Both the position numbers and the translations under genes were made by a program. Shown in pieces: positions 9,151 to 21,855 of a DNA stretch of 64,000 bases; within the stretch, counting starts at the first letter, position 1; every line of letters starts with the position of its first letter. This DNA is from the human T2T-CHM13v2.0 reference genome, Homo sapiens. The notes under the pieces are model-generated. The model had not been told where the DNA came from and ran no database searches. It saw only the letters and a list, made by a program, of their open reading frames with translations. The stretch is taken from assembly GCF_009914755.1 (NCBI RefSeq), contig NC_060945.1. One strand, written 5' to 3'.

Positions 9151-12100
9151 ATGTCTGCACCTAAGAACACTAGGGTCTTGTCTGGCTCTTCTTATGAACG
9201 GTCCCCCAGCCCGGACTCCCCAAGATCCATGCTAGCCTCACCCAGCTTCTCCCTCTCCCCTCTCAGAAACTCAGACTTAAGAGGAAGCTCCTCACCAGGG
9301 ATCCGGAGCTACCATTCACCATCCCCTAGGGCTTCACCACACTCACCTCTGTCATCACCAGTATCCCACAATCTCCCATTTCCCTGTCCTATCCGTGATG
9401 GACAATCCATGAAGCCATTGGGCTCTCCCGTGTCCTCCTCTGAGGATTCTACAGAGTCACCACGTTCATCAGTAATATACCACATGTTCCTACTGCCATC
9501 ACCCAGCAGCTCACCCCCAGCTCTCTGGGAGTCTCCTGGGTCTCCCAGCTACTCTCCAAACAACCCCAGATTTCAGCTGGAGTCAGCCCCCCACACCCAG
9601 GAATCACCTGCAAACTCACGAGCCTCACGGTGCTCCTCCCCTATGTCTTTCATCTCTTCACCCCCAGGCCTCAGGGACTCTCCTGTGGCTCCCAGTTACT
9701 CTCAAGCCATCCCCATGTTCCTGCGGGAGTCAGCCCCATGCACTCAGGAGTCCCCCAGAGACTCACAGGTCTCGGGAGAATATGAGCGCTCCCCCAGCCC
9801 TGACTCCTCAAGATTCATGCCTGCCTCACCCAGCATCTACCTCTCCCCTCCCAGGAACTCAGACCCAAGGGGCAGCTCCTCACAAGGGATGTGGAAGTAC
9901 TCTACATCATCCCGCAGGGCTTCACCACTCTCACATCCGTCATCGGCAGAATTCCACAACTTTACATTTCCCTTTCCTAACCAAGCAGGACAATCACTCA
10001 TGTCATTGTGTTCTCCCGTGTCCTCCTCTGGAGATTCCTCACAGTCACCCCATTCATCAATAATATACCATGTGTTCTTACTGCCATCATCCAGCAGCTC
10101 ACCCCCAGCCACCAATGACTCTCCTGTCTGTCCCAGCTACTCTCCAACTACGCCCAGATTTCAGCGGGCGTCGGTATCCAACACCCCAGAAACACCTACA
10201 AACTCACAGACCTCAGTGAGATCCTCGCCAGTCTCTCTCACGTCTTCACCCCCAGGCCTTACGGACCCTCCAGTCTCTCCCAGCTACTATCCAACCACGC
10301 GCACATTTCAGCGCGGGTCAGATCCAGGAACCCAGGGATCACCAGCAAGCCCACCACTTTCACTGTGTTACTCCCCAGTCTCAAGCACGTCTTTATCTCC
10401 AACCCTCAGGGACTCTCCTGTCTGTCCCAGCTATTCTCCAACCACGCCCACGTTTCAGCGGGAGTCCGTTGCAGGCACCCAGCAATCACCACCAAACTCA
10501 CCAATTTCACTCAATTACTCTCCAGTCTCTCTCATGTCTTCACCAGCCCTCAGGGACTCTCCCATTTGTCCCAGCTACTCTCCAACCACGCCCAGATTTC
10601 AGCTGGAAGCAGTTCCTTGCACCCAGGAATCACCACCAAACTCACCAATTTCACTCAATTACTCCCCAGTCTCTCTCATGTCTTCACCATCCCTCAGGGA
10701 CTCTCCCGTCTGTCTCAGCTACTCTCCAACCACGCCCACATTTCAGCTGGAGTACCTTCGAGGCACCCCGGAGTCACCACCAAACTCACCAATTTCACTC
10801 AATTACTCTCCAGTCTCTCTCATGTCTCCACCAGCCCTCAGGGACTCTCCCGACTGTCCCAGCTACTCCCCAACAACGCCCAGATTTCAGCTGGAAGCAG
10901 TTCCTTGCTCCCCAGAATCAACACCAAACTCACCAATTTCACTCAATTACTCTCCAGTCTCTCTCATGTCTTCACCAGCCATCAGGGACTCTCCTGTCTG
11001 TCCCAGCTACTCTACAACCACGCCCACATTTCAGCTGGAGTCCGTTCGAGACACCCCGGAGTCACCACCAAACTCACCAATTTCACTCAATTACACTCCA
11101 GTCTCTCTCATGTCTTCACCAGCCATCAGGGACTCTCCCGTCTGTCCCAGCTACTCTCCAAAGACGCCCACATTTCAGCTGGAGTCTGTTCCAGGCACCC
11201 TGGAGTCACCACCAAACTCACCAATTTCACTCAATTACTCTCCAGTCTCTCTCATGTCTTCACCAGCCCTCAGGGACCCTCCTGTCTGTCCCAGCTACTC
11301 TCCAACCACCCCCAGATTTCAGCTGGAGTCAGTTCCAGGCACCCCGGAGTCACCACCAAACTCACCAGTTTCACTGAGTTACTCCCCGGTCTCTCTCATG
11401 TCTTCACCGCCAGCCCTCAGGGACTCTCCTGTGTGTCCCAGCTACTCTCCAACCACGCCCACATTTCAGCTGGAGTCAGTTCCAGGCACCCCGGAGTCAC
11501 CACCAAACTCACCAATTTCACTCAATTACTCTCCAGTCTCTCTCATGTCTTCACCAGCCCTCAGCGACTCTCCTGTCTGTCCCAGCTACTCTCCAACCAC
11601 GCCCAGATTTCAGCTGGAAGCAGTTCCTTGCACCCCAGAATCACCTCCAAACTCACCAATTTCACTCAATTACTCTCTAGTCTCTCTCATGTCTTCACCA
11701 GTCCTCAGGGACCCTCCTGTCTGTCCCAGCTACTCTCCATCCACCCCCAGATTTCAGTTGGAGTCAGTTCCAGGCACCGCGGAGTCACCACCAAACTCAC
11801 CAGTTTCACTGAGTTACTCCCCGTTCTCTCTCATGTCTTCACCGCCAGCCCTCAGGGACTCTCCTGTTTGTCCCCGCTACTCTCCAACCACGCCCACATT
11901 CCAGCTGGAGTCACTTGCAGGCACCCAGGAATTACCTACAAACTCAGCAGTTTCACTGAGTTACTCCCCAGTCTCTCTCATGTCTTCACCCCCAGCCCCC
12001 TGGGACTCTCCTGTCTGTCCCAGCTCCTCTCCCACCACGCCCAGATTTCAGAGGGAGTCAGCCTCCCACACTCCGGAATCACCTACAGACTCACAGACTT

Positions 12101-12996
12101 CACGGAGGTCCTCCCTGGTCTCTCTCAGGTCTTTGCCCTCAGCCCACAGGGACTCTTGTGTCTCTTTCAGCTACTCTCGAAACTTCTCTAGATTCCAGCT
12201 GGACTCAGTTCCAGGCACCCACGACACACCACCAAACTCACGAATTTCACTGACTTACTCCCCAGTCTCTCTCATGTTCTCACCCCCAGCCCTCAGGGAC
12301 TCTTCTGTCTCTCTCAGCTACTCTCCAGCCATCTCCACATCACACCTGGGGTCAGCTCCCCACACCCAGGAATCACCTACAAACTCACGGACCTTACTGC
12401 AACCCTCCCCCATTTCTTTCACCTCTTCAACCCCTGCTTTCAGGGACTCTCCTGTGTCTCCCAGCTTCTCTCCAGCCTTCCCCAGATTTCTGCCACAGTC
12501 AGCCCCAGGCACCCAGGGTTACCCTGGACACTCACAGGCCTCACGAGACTATTTCCCAATGACTTGTATCTATAGAGGGATGGCTCCCATACTTCCCTCG
12601 GTGACCTCAAACCCATCTCCACTTACACTCAGACACTCCCAGGGCCTGACAGCTACTCCCCGTTATTGTCCTTCAGCTCGAAGCCCTGACCCATCTACTA
12701 GCCAACATGATGCAGCTACCTGGCCATGTCTCCACATTTCTGGGGAGGGCCCCACACCCAGCCGCAGAAGAGCCCCTCCTGCATTCCGTCCTCACACACA
12801 GGCCTGTCCATCCACTTGCTACTGTCACACTCTTGCCAGCAGAGGAGGCCCCTGTAATGGCCGATATCACCGCCCAGTCTATCCTCACCCCACAGCTGTG
12901 CAGCGGGACCCTCCTGCTGGCCCACGTGGCTGCCACAGCCCATGCTGGCACGACGCTCCAGCATGTCGGCGTCCCTGCGGGCCACGCTACCGCTGA
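9151..12996 (+). CDS. Putative 1281-aa Ser/Pro/Thr-rich repeat protein, copy 2, intact
   Basis: Intact ORF; differs from copy 1 at about 4 residues (S4P, GAPPS/GSPAS, PST/PSP). Confidence 0.55.
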   Translation: MSAPKNTRVLSGSSYERSPSPDSPRSMLASPSFSLSPLRNSDLRGSSSPGIRSYHSPSPRASPHSPLSSPVSHNLPFPCPIRDGQSMKPLGSPVSSSEDSTESPRSSVIYHMFLLPSPSSSPPALWESPGSPSYSPNNPRFQLESAPHTQESPANSRASRCSSPMSFISSPPGLRDSPVAPSYSQAIPMFLRESAPCTQESPRDSQVSGEYERSPSPDSSRFMPASPSIYLSPPRNSDPRGSSSQGMWKYSTSSRRASPLSHPSSAEFHNFTFPFPNQAGQSLMSLCSPVSSSGDSSQSPHSSIIYHVFLLPSSSSSPPATNDSPVCPSYSPTTPRFQRASVSNTPETPTNSQTSVRSSPVSLTSSPPGLTDPPVSPSYYPTTRTFQRGSDPGTQGSPASPPLSLCYSPVSSTSLSPTLRDSPVCPSYSPTTPTFQRESVAGTQQSPPNSPISLNYSPVSLMSSPALRDSPICPSYSPTTPRFQLEAVPCTQESPPNSPISLNYSPVSLMSSPSLRDSPVCLSYSPTTPTFQLEYLRGTPESPPNSPISLNYSPVSLMSPPALRDSPDCPSYSPTTPRFQLEAVPCSPESTPNSPISLNYSPVSLMSSPAIRDSPVCPSYSTTTPTFQLESVRDTPESPPNSPISLNYTPVSLMSSPAIRDSPVCPSYSPKTPTFQLESVPGTLESPPNSPISLNYSPVSLMSSPALRDPPVCPSYSPTTPRFQLESVPGTPESPPNSPVSLSYSPVSLMSSPPALRDSPVCPSYSPTTPTFQLESVPGTPESPPNSPISLNYSPVSLMSSPALSDSPVCPSYSPTTPRFQLEAVPCTPESPPNSPISLNYSLVSLMSSPVLRDPPVCPSYSPSTPRFQLESVPGTAESPPNSPVSLSYSPFSLMSSPPALRDSPVCPRYSPTTPTFQLESLAGTQELPTNSAVSLSYSPVSLMSSPPAPWDSPVCPSSSPTTPRFQRESASHTPESPTDSQTSRRSSLVSLRSLPSAHRDSCVSFSYSRNFSRFQLDSVPGTHDTPPNSRISLTYSPVSLMFSPPALRDSSVSLSYSPAISTSHLGSAPHTQESPTNSRTLLQPSPISFTSSTPAFRDSPVSPSFSPAFPRFLPQSAPGTQGYPGHSQASRDYFPMTCIYRGMAPILPSVTSNPSPLTLRHSQGLTATPRYCPSARSPDPSTSQHDAATWPCLHISGEGPTPSRRRAPPAFRPHTQACPSTCYCHTLASRGGPCNGRYHRPVYPHPTAVQRDPPAGPRGCHSPCWHDAPACRRPCGPRYR
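10111..12536 (+). repeat. 144/147-bp ACRO1-like array, unit 2
   Basis: Near-identical to unit 1 array. Confidence 0.88.
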
Positions 12997-15892
12997 CATG
13001 GCTAGCATCACCCTCCTTCCTGGCAGTGACACTGCTGATTTGAACCCCAGTTTCACAGCTGTCATTTGTAAATAGGACCATTTTCCCTTTTCTCTCTCCC
13101 TTCCATTCACAGGGCTTCTCATTCCCTCTGTTTCTGCCTCCGTTTCAGAGATTTACTCACCTTTTTCTCTCTCACTATGTCTGCCGTGGTCTCCATAAGA
13201 GTGTGCCACATACAATTGCCCCATTAAAAGTCATGAATTGAGTGGATTTTAGTATACCTGTGGTTGGGCACATTCAATTTTAATTCGCAATCCATTTTAG
13301 AAGGTTTTATCACCCCCGACCAGAGAAACACCCTGTGGATATTAGTCACTCCTCATTCTGTCTCAAACCCTCTCCCTGACCCTCAGCCCTAGGTAACAAC
13401 TGCATAGAGCGATCAACCCCATATGCATAGATTTCCATATTGTGGACATTTCCTATAAACGGAATTTCACAATAAGTGAGCTTTTGTGACTGACATAACA
13501 CTTTTAGCACAATATTTTCAAGATTCATCCACATTGCAGCTTTACCCACAGGGGGAAACCGCATTTTCTGGTTTCAGTAACACCGGGTGTTTTCTCCTTC
13601 CTTCCGTCTTTCCTTCCTTCCTTCCTTCCTTCCTTCCTTCCTTCCTTCCTTCCTCCCTTCCTCCCATTTCTCTCTTATTCCTTCTGCCCTCTCTCTTTCA
13701 TATGCCTTAGGTGCATCCTACGTCCTGCGTCTTTTTGGGGAATCCTCGACAGGTGCTGGAAAATTGTGTTATTGTAATTATTTACCGGTATCTCTCTTTC
13801 ATGGTTCTCCATCAGTTGTAAGCATCTATTGGTTTATCCCAGGTCACTAAGTATATTTTAATTAGCTACACCTGTTTTTCTTTATACACCTGTTTCTGGA
13901 GTATAGGGTCGCATACTCATAAACCCAGTGTAACTCAGAAACGCATCTAATATTCCAATAGACCCATCATAACGTTGAAAAATCATAAATCAAACCAACT
14001 TAAGTCACGATTTGGCGCTGGATATGGGCTCCATCAATTCCATTGTATTCAATAATGCTGTACACCATTAACAATGGCAGACTGATTGGGCGTGGATGTG
14101 GATAACATTATAAAAATCAGTTATTAGAGGGATACTTTAACCTGACGGAAGAGCTGATCTAATGGTATTAGTACAGTGATGATTATGTGAGATGTTTTGA
14201 GACAGAGTAGTACATTTGTGTATGAGATTCTGTGGCTTTTTTCACTTAGTAGGAACCTTTGTGTGTGGAAAACTGAGAAAATTGCTTTGTGCTGTAGAGT
14301 CTGGCATTCGTTGTAGATTAAAGCTTATTTTTCTGGAAGTAAATCTTATTCAATAAAATACTACTCTTTATAATAAAAAACAAAGACACTGGTGATGTGA
14401 AGTCATTATCCTCAGCAAACTAATCCAGGAACAGAAAACCAAACGCCACATTCTCACTTATAATGGGAGCTGAAAAATAGGATCATGTGGACACAGGAAG
14501 GGGAACAACACACACTGGGGCCTTTCGGGAGGCAGAGCGTTAAGAAAAACAGCTACCGCATGCTGGGCTTAATACCTAGGTGATGGGTTGACAGGTGCAG
14601 CAAACCACCGTGGCACACGTTTACCATAGTAACAAATCTGCACAGCCTGCCCATATATTGCAGAACTTAGAAACGAAACGAAAGCAAAGAAAACGAGAAA
14701 GCGATAGCAAAACGCTAACTGCGAAACAGAGTTTCAAACTCAGAAAGTGAGAGACCAATGTTTGGTTCAAATCATGGTTCTCAACCCAGGTGCCATAAGG
14801 TCAGGATAAAGAATTTGATGACGTATTGTAAATAAGACATGCAGCGGAGGACCAGAAAAATCGTTCTCAACATACGTGTGGCTTCGAGTTCAACGGTGAC
14901 GCTATCTACAGTGACATAGCATTAGATTCCAAAGGGCCGAGTCCCGCAAGACTGGCCTCCCACACTAATAATAATGGGAAGCGCTACGTTGCTTTACCTG
15001 TGCTTCTCAGCAACTGGCTATAAATCAGGTTTCCACCACTCCCAGTTTTAGTTGCATTCATTTGCTGGAAGAGCTCACAGCACGCAGGGAAACACTGACA
15101 TTTCCCATTTTTTGTATTTTAGCAGATATTGCAAAAACTTCAGAAAAAACTTTTGGGCCCAGCATGTGGGGAGGGGCTCACTGCCTTCCAGGAAGTGTTA
15201 TCCAGAAGCTCTCTAAACCCAGATCTTTTGGGTTTTTATGGAGACCTCATTCTATAGGCATGATGGGTTAAACCATAGGCTATTGGTGATCAACTCAACC
15301 TGGGGCTCTCAACCCTCCCTGGAAATTGCGGTTGAGGCCTTGCCATTCTCAGTCTGAGTAAAAGAATTTACGCAAACGGAATTTTAAAACAGATTAGCAT
15401 ATCTGGAAACTTAACTAGATGACGGAATTATCTGGAGCCACACCTTGATATTCCTAACCCGAGCACCCTCATCCAACGAATGCTCCACCCAACTGGCTCC
15501 CAAGTCTCTACGGGGTTCCAGAGCAAAAGAATGTTTATACAACGCATATCTCCACCTTTTCTTCAAAGTCTTTTCGCTTACACGGAAAGACTTCTTCAAC
15601 TGCCATGCATCAGGGTCAGGGGGAGGTCTTGTTACAACACAGATCTGCGGATCTCCGGGGTTTGATTGTGGCAAGGATGCTGCTGGTGTCAAAACCACAA
15701 CGTGGGAACCACAGAACCACTAGTTGGTTTTCAGTGTTTCAGTGCATACAATTCCTAATATATCTGGCCAAGAAAACTTGTAAGTTCTTAGATTGTCCCA
15801 AAGGTGGCGCATGAAATCAAATCAGGAGAACAGTTTCCTACGAGGTGTAGCCTGGGAACCTTGGGGGTGACTGATGGAAAGGAGGAGTGAAG

Positions 15893-15963
15893 CTCCGCCC
15901 TTTCCGCTGCGAGGCTGCGCCCGAGGCTATTTAAACCCACCCTGGCTGGCCTGTACTCAGATC
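15893..15963 (+). promoter_or_regulatory. Candidate core promoter, unit 3
   Basis: Same GC box/TATTTAAA (15928)/Inr. Confidence 0.55.
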
Positions 15964-16276
15964 TTCGCAGAGCGGAGCAGCGGCCGGAGCGTTTGGCGGA
16001 CTCTGCGTGGACTTGGAGCTCACAGCGTCTTGCGACTTGGAAGCGGATTCAGAGGACAGGACAGAACACTTGGGCAAGTGAATCTCTGTCTGTCTGTCTG
16101 TCTCATTGGTTGGTTTATTTCCATTTTCTTAAGGAGCACATACCTCACACCACACACACACAAACACACACACACACGCACGCACGCACGCACACACACA
16201 CGCACACACACACACTAATTCATTCTGCGGGTTAGGAAATTAGTAGGGGTCTCTGGGAGCTGCAGGTTTCCTAATC

Positions 16277-19200
16277 ATGTCTGCACCTAAGAACACTAGG
16301 GTCTTGTCTGGCTCTTCTTATGAACGGTCCCCCAGCCCGGACTCCCCAAGATCCATGCTAGCCTCACCCAGCTTCTCCCTCTCCCCTCTCAGAAACTCAG
16401 ACTTAAGAGGAAGCTCCTCACCAGGGATCCGGAGCTAACATTCACCATCCCCTAGGGCTTCACCACACTCACCTCTGTCATCACCAGTATCCCACAATCT
16501 CCCATTTGCCTGTCCTCTCCGTGATGGGCAATCAATGAAGCCATTGGGCTCTCCCGTGTCCTCCTCTGAGGATTCTTCAGAGTCACCACGTTTATCAGTA
16601 ATATACCACATGTTCCTACTGCCATCACCCAGCAGCTCACCCCCAGCTGCTTGGGAGTCTCCTGGGTCTCCCAGCTACTCTCCAAACAACCCCAGATTTC
16701 AGCTGGAGTCAGCCCCCCACACCCAGGAATCACCTGCAAACTCACGAGCCTCACGGTGCTCCTCCCCTATGTCTTTCATCTCTTCACCCCCAGGCCTCAG
16801 GGACTCTCCTGTGGCTCCCAGTTACTCTCAAGCCATCCCCATGTTCCTGCGGGAGTCAGCCCCATGCACTCAGGAGTCCCCCAGAGACTCACAGGTCTCG
16901 GGAGAATATGAGCGGTCCCCCAGCCCTGACTCCTCAAGATTCATGCCTGCCTCACCCACCATCTACGTCTCCCCTCCCAGGAACTCAGACCCAAGGGCAG
17001 CTCCTCACAAGGGATGTGGAAGTACTCTACATCATCCCGCAGGGCTTCACCACTCTCACGTCCGTCATCGGCAGAATTCCACAACTTTACATTTCCCTTT
17101 CCTAACCAAGCAGGACAATCACTCATGTCATTGTGTTCTCCCGTGTCCTCCTCTGGAGATTCCTCACAGTCACCCCATTCATCAATAATATACCATGTGT
17201 TCTTACTGCCATCATCCAGCAGCTCACCCCCAGCCACCAATGACTCTCCTGTCTGTCCCAGCTACTCTCCAACTACGCCCAGATTTCAGCGGGCGTCGGT
17301 ATCCAACACCCCAGAAACACCTACAAACTCACAGACCTCAGTGAGATCCTCGCCAGTCTCTCTCACGTCTTCACCCCCAGGCCTTACGGACCCTCCAGTC
17401 TCTCCCAGCTACTATCCAACCACGCGCACATTTCAGCGCGGGTCAGATCCAGGAACCCAGGGATCACCAGCAAGCCCACCACTTTCACTGTGTTACTCCC
17501 CAGTCTCAAGCACGTCTTTATCTCCAACCCTCAGGGACTCTCCTGTCTGTCCCAGCTATTCTCCAACCACGCCCACGTTTCAGCGGGAGTCCGTTGCAGG
17601 CACCCAGCAATCACCAGCAAACTCACCAATTTCACTGCGTTACTCCCCAGTCTCTCTCATGTCTTCACCAGCCCTGAGGGACTCTCCCGTCTGTCCCAGC
17701 TACTCTCCAACAACACCCACATTTCAGCTGGAGTCCGTTCGAGGCACCCCGGAGTCACCACCAAACTCACCAATTACACTCAATTACTCTCCAGTCTCTC
17801 TCATGTCTTCACCAGCCCTCAGGGACTATCACGTCTGAACCAGCTACTCTCAAACCACCCCCAGATTTCAGCTGGAAGCAGTTCCTTGCTCCCCGGAATG
17901 AACACCAAACTCACCAATTTCACTCAATTACTCTCCAGTCTCTCTCATGTCTTCACCAGCCCTCAGGGACTCTCCCATCTGTCCCAGCTACTCTCCAACC
18001 ACGCCCAGATTTCAGCTGGAAGCAGTTCCTTGCACCCAGGAATCACCACCAAACTCACCAATTTCACTCAATTACTCCCCAGTCTCTCTCATGTCTTCAC
18101 CATCCCTCAGGGACTCTCCCGTCTGTCTCAGCTACTCTCCAACCACGCCCACATTTCAGCTGGAGAACCTTCGAGGCACCCCGGAGTCACCACCAAACTC
18201 ACCAATTTCACTCAATTACTCTCCAGTCTCTCTCATGTCTTCACCAGCCCTCAGGGACTCTCCCGACTGTCCCAGCTACTCTCCAACAACGCCCAGATTT
18301 CAGCTGGAAGCAGTTCCTTGCTCCCCAGAATCAACACCAAACTCACCAATTTCACTCAATTACTCTCCAGTCTCTCTCATGTCTTCACCAGCCATCAGGG
18401 ACTCTCCCGTCTGTCCCAGCTACTCTCCAAAGACGCCCACATTTCAGCTGGAGTCTGTTCCAGGCACACTGGAGTCACCACCAAACTCACCAATTTCACT
18501 CAATTACTCTCCAGTCTCTCTCATGTCTTCACCAGCCCTCAGGGACCCTCCTGTCTGTCCCAGCTACTCTCCAACCACACCCAGATTTCAGCTGGAGTCA
18601 GTTCCAGGCACCCTGGAGTCACCACCAAACTCACCAGTTTCACTGAGTTACTCCCCGGTCTCTCTCATGTCTTCACCGCCAGCCCTCAGGGACTCTCCTG
18701 TGTGTCCCAGCTACTCTAAAACCACGCCCACATTTCAGCTGGAGTCAGTTTCAGGCACCCCGGAGTCACCAACAAACTCACCAATTTCACTCAATTACTC
18801 TCCAGTCTCTCTCATGTCTTCACCAGCACTCAGGGACTCTCCTGTCTGTCCCAGCTACTCTCCAACCACGCCCAGATTTCAGCTGGAAGCAGTTCCTTGC
18901 ACCCCAGAATCACCACCAAACTCACCAATTTCACTCAATTACTCTCTAGTCTCTCTCATGTCTTCACCAGCACTCAGGGACCCTCCTGTCTGTCCCAGCT
19001 ACTCTCCAAGCACCCCCAGATTTCAGCTGGAGTCTGTTCCAGGCACCCCGGAGTCACCACCAAACTCACCAGTTTCACTGAGTTACTCCCCGGTCTCTCT
19101 CATGTCTTCACCGCCAGCCCTCAGGGACTCTCCTGTGTGTCCCAGCTACTCTCCAACCAGGCCCACATTTCAGCTGGAGTCAGTTCCAGGCACCCCGGAG

Positions 19201-21855
19201 TCACCACCAAACTCACCAATTACACTCAATTACTCTCCAGTCTCTCTCATGTCTTCACCAGCCCTCAGGGACTCTCCCGTCTGTCCCAGCTACTCTCCAA
19301 CCACCCCCAGATTTCAGCTGGAAGCAGTTCCTTGCTCCCCGGAATCAACACCAAACTCACCAATTTCACTCAATTACTCTCCAGTCTCTCTCATGTCTTC
19401 ACCAGCCCTCAGGGACTCTCCCATCTGTCCCAGCTACTCTCCAACCACGCCCAGATTTCAGCTGGAAGCAGTTCCTTGCACCCAGGAATCACCACCAAAC
19501 TCACCAATTTCACTCAATTACTCCCCAGTCTCTCTCATGTCTTCACCATCCCTCAGGGACTCTCCCGTCTGTCTCAGCTACTCTCCAACCACGCCCACAT
19601 TTCAGCTGGAGTACCTTCGAGGCACCCCGGAGTCACCACCAAACTCACCAATTTCACTCAATTACTCTCCAGTCTCTCTCATTTCTTCACCAGCCCTCAG
19701 GGACTCTCCCGACTGTCCCAGCTACTCTCCAACAACGCCCAGATTTCAGCTGGAAGCAGTTCCTTGCTCCCCAGAATCAACACCAAACTCACCAATTTCA
19801 CTCAATTACTCTCCAGTCTCTCTCATGTCTTCACCAGCCATCAGGGACTCTCCCGTCTGTCCCAGCTACTCTCAAACCACGCCCACATTTCAGCTGGAGT
19901 CCGTTCGAGGCACCCCAGAGTCACCACCAAACTCACCAATTTCACTCAATTACACTCCAGTCTCTCTCATGTCTTCACCAGCCATCAGGGACTCTCCCGT
20001 CTGTCCCAGCTACTCTCCAAAGACGCCCACATTTCAGCTGGAGTCTGTTCCAGGCACCCTGGAGTCACCACCAAACTCACCAATTTCACTCAATTACTCT
20101 CCAGTCTCTCTCATGTCTTCACCAGCCCTCAGGGACCCTCCTGTCTGTCCCAGCTACTCTCCAACCACCCCCAGATTTCAGCTGGAGTCAGTTCCAGGCA
20201 CCCTGGAGTCACCACCAAACTCACCAGTTTCACTGAGTTACTCCCCGGTCTCTCTCATGTCTTCACCGCCAGCCCTCAGGGACTCTCCTGTGTGTCCCAG
20301 CTACTCTCCAACCACGCCCACATTTCAGCTGGAGTCAGTTCCAGGCACCCCGGAGTCACCACCAAACTCACCAATTTCACTCAATTACTCTCCAGTCTCT
20401 CTCATGTCTTCACCAGCCCTCAGGGACTCTCCTGTCTGTCCCAGCTACTCTCCAACCACGCCCAGATTTCAGCTGGAAGCAGTTCCTTGCACCCCAGAAT
20501 CACCTCCAAACTCACCAATTTCACTCAATTACTCTCTAGTCTCTCTCATGTCTTCACCAGTCCTCAGGGACCCTCCTGTCTGTCCCAGCTACTCTCCAAC
20601 CACACCCAGATTTCAGTTGGAGTCAGTTCCAGGCACCGCGGAGTCACCACCAAACTCACCAGTTTCACTGAGTTACTCCCCGTTCTCTCTCATGTCTTCA
20701 CCGCCAGCCCTCAGGGACTCTCCTGTTTGTCCCCGCTACTCTCCAACCACGCCCACATTCCAGCTGGAGTCACTTGCAGGCACCCAGGAATTACCTACAA
20801 ACTCAGCAGTTTCACTGAGTTACTCCCCAGTCTCTCTCATGTCTTCACCCCCAGCCCCCTGGGACTCTCCTGTCTGTCCCAGCTCCTCTCCCACCACGCC
20901 CAGATTTCAGAGGGAGTCAGCCTCCCACACTCCGGAATCACCTACAGACTCACAGACTTCACGGAGGTCCTCCCTGGTCTCTCTCAGGTCTTTGCCCTCA
21001 GCCCACAGGGACTCTTGTGTCTCTTTCAGCTACTCTCGAAACTTCTCTAGATTCCAGCTGGACTCAGTTCCAGGCACCCACGACACACCACCAAACTCAC
21101 GAATTTCACTGACTTACTCCCCAGTCTCTCTCATGTTCTCACCCCCAGCCCTCAGGGACTCTTCTGTCTCTCTCAGCTACTCTCCAGCCATCTCCACATC
21201 ACACCTGGGGTCAGCTTCCCACACCCAGGAATCACCTACAAACTCACGGACCTTACTGCAACCCTCCCCCATTTCTTTCACCTCTTCACCCCCTGCTTTC
21301 AGGGACTCTCCTGTGTCTCCCAGCTTCTCTCCAGCCTTCCCCAGATTTCTGCCACAGTCAGCCCCAGGCACCCAGGGTTACCCTGGACACTCACAGGCCT
21401 CACGAGACTATTTCCCAATGACTTGTATCTATAGAGGGATGGCTCCCATACTTCCCTCAGTGACCTCAAACCCATCTCCACTTACACTCAGACACTCCCA
21501 GGGCCTGACAGCTACTCCCCGTTATTGTCCTTCAGCTCGAAGCCCTGGCCCATCTACTAGCCAACATGATGCAGCTACCTGGCCATGTCTCCACATTTCT
21601 GGGGAGGGCCCCACACCCAGCCGCAGAAGAGCCCCTCCTGCATTCCGTCCTCACACACAGGCCTGTCCATCCACTTGCTACTGTCACACTCTTGCCAACA
21701 GAAGAGGCCCCTGTAATGGCCGATATCACCGCCCAGTCTATCCTCACCCCACAGCTGTGCAGCGGGACCCTCCTGCTGGCCCACGTGGCTGCCACAGCCC
21801 ATGCTGGCACGACGCTCCAGCATGTCGGCGTCCCTGCGGGCCACGCTACCGGTGA
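16277..21855 (+). pseudogene. Disrupted copy 3 of the repeat-protein ORF with expanded array; residual 1302-aa ORF at 17947-21855
   Basis: ATG 16277; TAC>TAA at codon 54 (16436-16438); 1-bp deletion GGGG>GGG near 16995; TGA 17836-17838. Confidence 0.65.
17236..21395 (+). repeat. Expanded 144/147-bp ACRO1-like array, unit 3 (+12 monomers)
   Basis: Length excess 1734 bp = 10x144 + 2x147. Confidence 0.88.
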
